From Amoeboradix gromovi X-113 (lineage: Eukaryota > Fungi > Sanchytriomycota): a stretch of 6,300 nt of DNA. Of this stretch, positions 1 through 6,300 are shown one piece after another. Position numbers and translations under genes: made by a program. Position 1 is the first letter of the stretch; each line of letters opens with the position of its first letter. The notes below the pieces were generated by a model. The model was not told the DNA's origin, made no database searches, and worked only from the letters and a program-made list of their open reading frames with translations. Location: contig JADGIF010000591.1 in assembly GCA_018985225.1 (NCBI GenBank), positions 1-6,300 on the forward strand. Direction: 5' to 3'.

Positions 1-290
1 TGAAAATGTCTCTTAACCACCGTAGCCAGAATATTTCATATCTAGAGACATCAACAAGTCATAAAGAAGAACACTTCTACGTTCAGAGCCTGGTATTAAA
101 ATGAAGTTCTTTTAAATATAAAAACATGGGAAAGACTTTTATTAAATACAATGAAGCATTACTATTTTGCACAGTCTGGTGCTCTAAAAATGGATTTCGA
201 GACACGCATATGCACAAACTGCCGTTTATCGATAGATAGAGACCATATGACAGCAAGAAACATATACTTGATAAACACGTTCCATTCTCA
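1..290 (+). pseudogene. Degraded C-terminal part of a TnpB/Fanzor-like (IS200/IS605/IS607-derived) RuvC nuclease; 5' part lies outside the window
   Basis: Pieces in three frames line up in TnpB/Fanzor order. Frame 2 (38-94): ISRDINKS*RRTLLRSEPG, resembling the basic bridge-helix region. Frame 3 (126-176): MGKTFIKYNEA..FCTV, with a candidate RuvC-II Glu at 153-155 and a first Zn-finger Cys at 168-170. Frame 1 (178-270): GALKMDFETRICTNCRLSIDRDHMTARNIYL, with CxxC at 211-222 and RuvC-III-like DRDxxxARNI at 235-264. Restoring 2 nt near 177 gives CTVCG. Stops and frameshifts mark it as dead. Confidence 0.75.
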
Positions 291-384
291 ACTACAAATC
301 GCAGTAGTGGAAGCAAGAGCAACCACTTTAATAGTCAGACTGGATTCTCATTTGAAATACTTACTTTTTTCGTGATCGGGACTC

Positions 385-1719
385 TCAATGAGAAGTCTTT
401 GTAAGCATTGAAAATAAAAGGGACTCATTACTGGCATATTTTAGGATTCCCTCGTCTTTCTCTTTCTTGATTGTGGATTGTCTCCCTCCATACCTGTGTG
501 CAGGAAGTACTATTATGTGCTCATTCAATTCTGATAATCGTCTTAAAGATAAGCACATATCAGTAACATCACTCTCTGGAAAGTCAGTCCTACCACATGA
601 ATTTACGAATAGAGTATCACCAGTCAGCAATCTAGTGTTATTTATTAATAAACACATACTTCCAGCCGTATGGCCTGGCGTATGTATTACCTTGATCTCT
701 AAATTAGGCCCAACAGTTAGTATAGACATGTCCTGAACTGGTTTTACATTGCTCGCGAATGAAGAGTTACCAGGCTGCTTTAATAACAAATCCACTTCCA
801 ATTCGTGTACGTACAACGGCAAATCAGGATATCTCTCCAGAATTGTCGATACACCAGGCACTTTGACATAGAACTTGTCGAAAGGACTCGGCGGTATTCC
901 ACCGACATGATCAAAATGATGATGTGTAAGCACAATACCTGTCAGATTCCATTTGTTTATTTTAATAAGGTACAAAATCGAATTCACGTCCCAACAAGGA
1001 TCGACAACTAAACAAGAGAAATTGGTTAAATCTACTAAAATGTACACAAGATTGCACAGCTGAGTAGCGTAAGTATTTATTAAAGAAAGGACAGGCCTGT
1101 ACCATGTAGATTTAGTAGCTATATCTATTCCGCACCGTAACTGAATGCATTGATATTTATTTGCTACTTCATCGTGTGTTCGCTTGCAAACACTTATCTT
1201 CTCATGTAAATCTTTTGTAATTACTAAAGAATTATCATTATCAAGCTCTACCATATTTGTAAATGAAGAGAGAGCCATTTCAAATTCAGATTGCTCAAAA
1301 TAGTTAAGCCCTTTCAGAAGATGAGTATTCGGTTGATTCGGTGCTAGAAGATCAAGATGATCCACTAAATGGCTAATTTTCTCATCACCGACAAGTAAAT
1401 AGCCATACATGAACAGAATCAAAACAACATGTTTGATCTCACAGTTACAGAGTAGTATATCAGTAGGGGGTGTTTTCTTAATAAAGCTAGACAGAACCAT
1501 GGTACTCGATTCGTCTTTTACTAATATGATTGATAAACACTCTTCTAAGTATTCCTTAGCCAGTTGTGGGTTGTTAGCCACAGTCTCTCTCGCACTGTTC
1601 ACTAGCGCAACTACAGTAGCATCTATAGAATCGAAAGACCTATATTCCAAATCAGAAGTTGAAAATCTAGAGGAAATTGATTTTGAGAATCTGCTCATTC
1701 GATTCGGAGTCGTGGACAT
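385..1719 (-). CDS. Metallo-beta-lactamase-fold hydrolase (hydroxyacylglutathione hydrolase/glyoxalase II-like) with an N-terminal helical TPR-like region, 444 aa
   Basis: Intact ORF. MBL motifs in order: VVDP, THHHFDH (907-927; HxHxDH), HTPGHTAGS, TGDTLF..SCGRTD, LPAH. The N-terminal half has a TPR-like segment (APNQPNTHLLKGLNYFEQSEFEMALSSFTNMVELD). The substrate cannot be determined from motifs. Confidence 0.88.
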   Translation of the reverse strand: MSTTPNRMSRFSKSISSRFSTSDLEYRSFDSIDATVVALVNSARETVANNPQLAKEYLEECLSIILVKDESSTMVLSSFIKKTPPTDILLCNCEIKHVVLILFMYGYLLVGDEKISHLVDHLDLLAPNQPNTHLLKGLNYFEQSEFEMALSSFTNMVELDNDNSLVITKDLHEKISVCKRTHDEVANKYQCIQLRCGIDIATKSTWYRPVLSLINTYATQLCNLVYILVDLTNFSCLVVDPCWDVNSILYLIKINKWNLTGIVLTHHHFDHVGGIPPSPFDKFYVKVPGVSTILERYPDLPLYVHELEVDLLLKQPGNSSFASNVKPVQDMSILTVGPNLEIKVIHTPGHTAGSMCLLINNTRLLTGDTLFVNSCGRTDFPESDVTDMCLSLRRLSELNEHIIVLPAHRYGGRQSTIKKEKDEGILKYASNESLLFSMLTKTSH

Positions 1720-1955
1720 GTTTGAAAATAAAACTGCCCCGTGTTTTTCAAATTACCTATGCAAGCCGCATGAGACTCTGACATGCACCCAAATAATATC
1801 TTCTTGATCTAATTGCGCCTAAGTTGGTATTTCAGGTCTCGTTTAAAATCTCGGATAAAGCATTCACTGTCCCATCTTGATTAGTTTCTTGTATGACATC
1901 GATATTACGATATGCAACTTGGGTTCTCGACAATTTTACAGCTAGAGATACAGCC

Positions 1956-1965
1956 ATCACGTGAT
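1956..1965. promoter_or_regulatory. Palindromic extended E-box ATCACGTGAT (bHLH/SREBP-type site) in a divergent promoter
   Basis: Perfect 10-bp palindrome about 220 bp upstream of the desaturase ATG and about 240 bp upstream of the MBL ATG. Function is inferred only. Confidence 0.3.
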
Positions 1966-1988
1966 CCGGCATTCCCGTTAAGATCAGT

Positions 1989-2018
1989 GATTGCGTGCAT
2001 GGAGTAATGCACGCAATC
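1989..2018. repeat. Perfect 12-bp inverted repeat with 6-nt spacer (GATTGCGTGCAT-ggagta-ATGCACGCAATC)
   Basis: Arms at 1989-2000 and 2007-2018 are exact reverse complements. Confidence 0.9.
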
Positions 2019-2183
2019 CTTATCATATTTGAACTCATTTTTAATGCCAGACACTTGGATGGTGGTCTTAAACTGTAAAACGTGCTTTATATTTAGTAAA
2101 ATCATCTATATACTGCGTGTCGACGGCATCTCCCGGTCCGTCTTGTTCATTAATGAAACAACGTATACCCCAATTTAAAACTA

Positions 2184-3152
2184 ATGAAAACTACTTTAGC
2201 AGATATTAGAAAAGCCATCCCAAAGGAATGTTTTCAAAAGAACCTGGCTCTCTCACTAATTTATATGGCGTTTGATTTTATGATGTTGATTGTGTTGTAT
2301 GTATACAAGGATGAGTTTCCTTATATTCTTTGGGTTAATTTGACAGGGTTTGTAATGTGGTGCATTTTTGTAGTTGGCCATGATTGCGGACACACCACAT
2401 TTAGTAATTACGCTATTGTCAATGATGTTTGTGGTCATATTTGTCATACGATATTGAATGTTCCGTTTTATCCTTGGAAATTCTCCCATAATTTACACCA
2501 CCGATTTCATAACCACTTTGAAAAAGACAAAAGTCACATCTGGATTAAAGAAGCTGAGCAGAATATTCTCCATTTATTCTTTCAAATCCCCCTAGTTGAA
2601 CTTGTGGCTTACACGTGTTTTTATCTGTGGGTGGGAGTTCCTGATGGATCTCATGTCTTACCTAATAGTAAGCTTTTTACTTCTCTTAAAGATAGAGCAC
2701 AGTGCTTCGTTAGTGTAGCTACAATCGTAGTATTTGATCTCTTCTTGTATTTTAACTTTAGTTTCAGCAACGTATTGCATTTTTATATTGTACCTGTAAT
2801 GATATTCAACTTTTGGCTTTTTCTAGTTACTTATATGCAGCACCATCACGAATCTACGAAAGTATACGAAGATAAAGAATGGTCGTTTTACAAGGGTGGA
2901 ATGGAAACTGTTGATCGAACTTATGGGTTTGGTATTGACAGTCTCAGTCATAATATTACTAATTGCCATTTTGTCCACCACCTGTTCTTTACCAAAATAC
3001 CTCATTATCACTTGAAAGCTGCCACCGAGGCAATGAAACCGCTTCTAGATAAAGAATATAAACATGAAAGCAGTTGGGACTTTATATTCGAATTTCACCG
3101 CCTTAAGTATACTCTTCGATATTTGAAAGGTGAAGGTGTTTTGCACTTTTAA
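2184..3152 (+). CDS. Membrane-bound methyl-end fatty acid desaturase (delta-12 / delta-15 omega-3 family), 322 aa
   Basis: Intact ORF with N-terminal TLADIRKAIPKECF, three His boxes HDCGH (2379-2393), HNLHH (2487-2501) and HFVHH (2967-2981), LVTYMQHH, TVDRTYG and IPHYHLKAATEA, plus hydrophobic membrane segments. No cytochrome b5 fusion. Confidence 0.95.
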   Translation: MKTTLADIRKAIPKECFQKNLALSLIYMAFDFMMLIVLYVYKDEFPYILWVNLTGFVMWCIFVVGHDCGHTTFSNYAIVNDVCGHICHTILNVPFYPWKFSHNLHHRFHNHFEKDKSHIWIKEAEQNILHLFFQIPLVELVAYTCFYLWVGVPDGSHVLPNSKLFTSLKDRAQCFVSVATIVVFDLFLYFNFSFSNVLHFYIVPVMIFNFWLFLVTYMQHHHESTKVYEDKEWSFYKGGMETVDRTYGFGIDSLSHNITNCHFVHHLFFTKIPHYHLKAATEAMKPLLDKEYKHESSWDFIFEFHRLKYTLRYLKGEGVLHF

Positions 3153-3156
3153 TAAA
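3151..3156 (+). terminator. Candidate polyadenylation signal AATAAA overlapping the desaturase stop codon
   Basis: Sequence T-AATAAA: the stop TAA (3150-3152) shares two bases with the hexamer, which is followed by a T-rich tract. Confidence 0.45.
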
Positions 3157-3463
3157 TTGTATTATTTCATATCAACAATTAGCTATATTATGCTCGCAGA
3201 GATACCTCAAAATACAAGACCAATATTTTAATCTTTTAGATTTCAGTATACATTGCATAAACCAGATAACCTGTTTCAAATAATGCGTTGACATGTTTGG
3301 TGACTTTTCTCATCCAATAGATAAAATCCATTCCACGGAGCTTTCAGCTAGTTAGCCATATATTTTTCAAGTTCTACTTTCTTGCTAATTAATATCCCCA
3401 TCCCACGTTATGACCCGTCTTCCTGGGCGTATATATCTTGTTACAAAGTTTTGTTAAATCGAT

Positions 3464-4847
3464 ATGAGTCGCTTCGTTCGTAATTCTAAATATCGCCATG
3501 TCTTCGGTCAACCAGCCAAACGTGAATTAAACTATGACAATGTCCGCCCTTCTACCAACGCACATGATAGCAATATCATCAAAGCCAATCCACAGTTCAT
3601 TTCATTGAACTGGCAAGCTAGTGGCGGTGGCAGTTTTGCTGTTATCCCTGTCTCTCAAGTTGGTAAACAATTGGATGCGCTCCCATTATACAACGGCCAT
3701 TCTGGCCCTGTGTTGGATACTGACTTCAATCCTTTTAATGATCATGTTTTAGCTTCTGCTAGTGAAGATTCTACAGTAAAAATCTGGAAAATCCAAGACC
3801 AACTAAAGGATACTGTTACCACTCCAGCATTGACTCTTAGTGGGCACGGTCGTAAAGTCGGCTATGTGTACTTTCATCCTACTGCTTCCAATGTTTTGAT
3901 GTCGGTTAGCGCTGATTTAACCTGCAAGTTATGGGATATCGAACAAGGTAAAGAAAGAGTTGAAGTAGTTGGACATGCTGATCAAATCAATGCCTGTTCT
4001 TATAACTGGACTGGATCTCAATTCGCTTCTACTAGCAAAGACAAAAAGGTGAGAGTGTTTGACATAAGATCCGCTACTTGCACCGCTACTGCCGATGGCC
4101 ATCAAGGTGCCAAATCATCAAGAATCCAATGGATGGGGGATTCCGATCACATCTTGACTGTTGGCTTTAATAAACAAAGTGACCGTCAGTTGTTTATTTG
4201 GGATGTCAAGAACTTTAACGAGCCTATTAAGCAGCTCAATTTGGATACTTCTGCTGGGGTTATTATGCCATTTTACGATCCTGATACTAAATTGATTTAT
4301 TTGGCTGGAAAGGGAGATGGTAATGTGCGTTACTATGAATGGGATCAACAAGAGTTGAATGTATTCCCACTGAGTCAGTATACCAGCAGTGAACCTCAGC
4401 GTGGATTTGCTTTTGCTCCAAAACGTAGCTGTAATTTGCAGGAAACTGAAATTGCTAAAGGATACAAATTGCAGAACACATGTATTGAAGTTATTTCATT
4501 CACAGTTCCTAGAAAAGTAGTTAAAATTAACTTAGTCTGATCAATTTGCTAGCGATTTGTACCCAGAGACAATCGGAGATGAACCTAGTTTAACTGCTGA
4601 TGCATTCTTTAAAGGACAAACCAAAGCGCCAATTTTGATTGACTTATCAAAAGGATTCGTACCAGCAGTTAGAGAATTTGTAACTGAAGCTATTGAAGAA
4701 GTAGTAGATGATAAGTTACCTTCTAATGAAAAGGAGTATCAAGAAGCTTACCACAAGTTGCGAAAAGAAAATGATAAGTTGAAGAATGAAGTGGCACAAA
4801 AAGATGTTAAGATTCGACAGCTTGAAGTACAGTTACAGACCAAGTAA
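3464..4847 (+). CDS. CRN1: Coronin (WD40 actin-binding protein), two exons: join(3464..4516,4536..4847), 454 aa
   Basis: Signature MSRFVRNSKYRHVFG, WD40 repeats (GHSGPVLDTDFNPFND..SASEDSTVKIW), MPFYDPDTKLIYLAGKGDGNVRYYE and PQRG. Splicing 4517-4535 restores ISFTVPRK|SDQFASDLYPET (family motif VPRKSxxFxxDLYP), followed by a C-terminal coiled coil (YHKLRKENDKLKNEVAQKDVKIRQLE). Confidence 0.96.
4517..4535 (+). other. 19-nt spliceosomal-type intron GTAGTTAAAATTAACTTAG (phase 0)
   Basis: GT...TAG boundaries, AT-rich, branch-like TTAAC at 4527-4531. Removal joins the two coronin ORFs in frame with no gained or lost residues in a conserved motif. Confidence 0.88.
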
Positions 4848-5265
4848 ACTAACTGCGTTACTAACACGCTGCTTGATATAATCTCAGCTTTCTCTTCATT
4901 TGTTCCACCAACTTGAAAAATAGTAGCAGGTAAATTACCCCAAGTAGTGCTTGAGCTATGGATCCTTACGTCAAGATGGTTAGTTTGCAACCGCGCCATT
5001 GTAGTATCGAAGTGTTCTCAATCAATCTAAAGAGATTTTGACGCATCAGAGAAAGGGCACATAAAAGGAATTTACTTTACTAGATAGTTCTCGATCATTT
5101 GGAGCAAACGCGTTAAATCTTTCGGCTAGAAGTCATATTTTCTTCAGAATTTCGAGATTTCAATTAGGCAGTAACCTTGAATTCATCAATCCAATACCGT
5201 AAATAGCTGGAACATTCCGATTTATCCAAAACTACTTAAGAAGGCTTAGAAAGTGGCTCAGCCTG

Positions 5266-6300
5266 ATGCTTCTCTCTCTGATGTCTGTATACTCCGTCAT
5301 AAGTGATTGTGCAGACGTAATAAACTTAGCTATAGGTTTGAACTTTGAAGTGCACGACCCAGATTATTTTGCCGCTATTCAAAATGATTGTTGCGAACGA
5401 GTTTATTGTACGGAGACTCATGTTTATAGAATAGACTGGGGTTTATCAGGTATGTTTACTCGTATAAATGGAACCGTAAACGCCTCAGCGATACCTTATT
5501 ACGTCGAAAGATTAAGTTTAGATTCTAACGAAATTTACGGTAATATTCCGCAAATTTCTTCTCCTTTCATGCAAACGTTGTACTTGTCAAACAACAACTT
5601 CAATGGGACTCTTCCAAGTCTGCCACCAAACATTCAAGCTTATGGGGTTTATCAAAACAATCTACATGGAGATGTTCCTTATTTACCACCTAGCTTAGCC
5701 AATCTCTATCTGGGATTTCATATATATGAGGGATGGGAATATCATACTCAAAACCGCTTTACTGGCGTCGTTAGACTAAACGCACCAACTACGCTCTACT
5801 TGATCGGTAATTGGATTACTGATGTTATTATCGATGATCCCAGTGGGTTGGACAAGGAGACGTGTGATTTATCAAATAATCCGCTTTTGAACAATCCAAA
5901 CGTTGCAAAGCTAACAAATTGCATAAGGAGAGATTTGTATGATAACAGACTGCTTTCTAACACAGTGATTGCTTTGAGCACCACAAACGAAATCACAGCT
6001 GGAACAACTGATCTGGCAAAAAGCACAACTGAGAGCAGCACGACTCATGAAAGCAAAGAAATGCCCATAAATTCTACATCTGCCTTTACTGCAGCCCAAC
6101 TGTCAACAGCAATTAGGAAGAGATTAATCAACTCAGCAACGAGAGATCTTCAAATGTCTACCACAACTGCCGCAACGAACTCAGTCAAAACCGAGAAAGT
6201 CTCAATGCCAACTGCCTTCACAGATGTCAGATCCACAATTCGTCTGGACTTTACCAGCTACTCAGTGACTCAGTATATATTTTTGGTGCTCAAGGTTGTG
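5266..6300 (+). CDS. Secreted/cell-surface leucine-rich repeat protein with Cys cap and Ser/Thr-rich stalk, 3'-partial (345 aa in window)
   Basis: Manual frame-1 translation is open from the stop at 5200-5202 to the window end; first ATG at 5266. It has a short signal-like start MLLSLMSVYSVIS, a Cys cap DC..DCCERVYC..IDW, and LRRs LSLDSNEIYGNIP, LYLSNNNFNGTLP and YGVYQNNLHGDVP. These are followed by CDLSNNPLL..C, a S/T-rich region from about 5950, and a hydrophobic YIFLVLKVV at the edge (possible start of a TM helix). Confidence 0.88.
   Translation, partial: MLLSLMSVYSVISDCADVINLAIGLNFEVHDPDYFAAIQNDCCERVYCTETHVYRIDWGLSGMFTRINGTVNASAIPYYVERLSLDSNEIYGNIPQISSPFMQTLYLSNNNFNGTLPSLPPNIQAYGVYQNNLHGDVPYLPPSLANLYLGFHIYEGWEYHTQNRFTGVVRLNAPTTLYLIGNWITDVIIDDPSGLDKETCDLSNNPLLNNPNVAKLTNCIRRDLYDNRLLSNTVIALSTTNEITAGTTDLAKSTTESSTTHESKEMPINSTSAFTAAQLSTAIRKRLINSATRDLQMSTTTAATNSVKTEKVSMPTAFTDVRSTIRLDFTSYSVTQYIFLVLKVV

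Noticed and set aside
83-322. 79-aa minus-strand ORF
   Set aside because: Antisense shadow of the TnpB/Fanzor relic with no recognisable motifs.
151-375. 74-aa ORF as a functional small protein
   Set aside because: Its ATG appears to be an out-of-frame by-product of the N-E codons of the frameshifted relic; it carries only half of the zinc finger.
357-378. U1 snRNA-like words: ATACTTAC on + and GATCACGAA on -
   Set aside because: The two motifs are on opposite strands, the 5' end lacks CTGG, and no U1 fold or Sm site follows.
467-1807. Plus-strand ORFs 467-736, 805-1011 and 1409-1807
   Set aside because: Antisense to the well-supported MBL gene, with no motifs.
1832-2105. Two overlapping minus-strand ORFs (68 and 66 aa) and a possible 29-nt intron near 2085-2113
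   Set aside because: No recognisable domain, and splicing the candidate intron from the upstream ATG hits a stop within a few codons. A small or decayed gene cannot be fully excluded.
2256-4351. Minus-strand ORFs 2256-2489, 2823-3011 and 4118-4351
   Set aside because: Antisense shadows of the desaturase and coronin.
4557-4847. Separate 96-aa gene starting at TTG
   Set aside because: It is coronin exon 2; the frame and motif continuity are explained by the 19-nt intron.
4844-4887. Possible second coronin intron (GTAAAC..TACTAAC..CAG) removing the stop
   Set aside because: Coronin already ends properly after its coiled coil, and the spliced extension (NFLFICSTNLKNSSR) resembles nothing expected.
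4748-4999. 83-aa minus-strand ORF overlapping the coronin 3' end
   Set aside because: No motif, overlaps a real gene by 100 bp, and upstream frames are closed.
5000-5018. TGTAGTATC resembling the U2 snRNA branch-pairing region
   Set aside because: The flanking U2 5' stem-loop and U6-pairing sequences are absent.
5107-5114. AACGCGTT (MCB-like cell-cycle box)
   Set aside because: A single short site expected by chance and not upstream of a replication gene.
5796-6099. Minus-strand ORFs 5796-6041 and 5911-6099
   Set aside because: Antisense to the continuous LRR reading frame.
1-6300. CRISPR array, tRNA/rRNA genes or an alternative genetic code
   Set aside because: No repeat-spacer pattern or RNA gene signatures were seen by eye. 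Conserved genes translate fully in the standard code and end at TAA/TGA; internal stops occur only in the frameshifted relic.

Overview
Gene-dense, AT-rich eukaryotic DNA in the standard genetic code. The coronin looks fungal, and the compact, almost intronless layout suggests a reduced early-diverging fungal or fungal-related genome (inference). In order: (1) a frameshifted, stop-containing C-terminal remnant of a TnpB/Fanzor-type RuvC nuclease (1-~290, +); (2) a TPR-like + glyoxalase II-type metallo-beta-lactamase-fold hydrolase (385-1719, -); (3) a 464-bp divergent intergenic region with a perfect 12-bp inverted repeat and an ATCACGTGAT palindrome; (4) a methyl-end (delta-12/omega-3) fatty acid desaturase (2184-3152, +); (5) coronin, split in the ORF track but rejoined by one 19-nt GT-AG intron (join 3464-4516, 4536-4847); (6) a secreted or surface leucine-rich-repeat protein with a Ser/Thr-rich stalk, missing from the ORF track because it runs off the window (5266->6300, +). 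The strongest signals are the 19-nt intron and the Fanzor/TnpB relic abutting a host stop codon. No intact new multi-gene system is demonstrable from this window alone.
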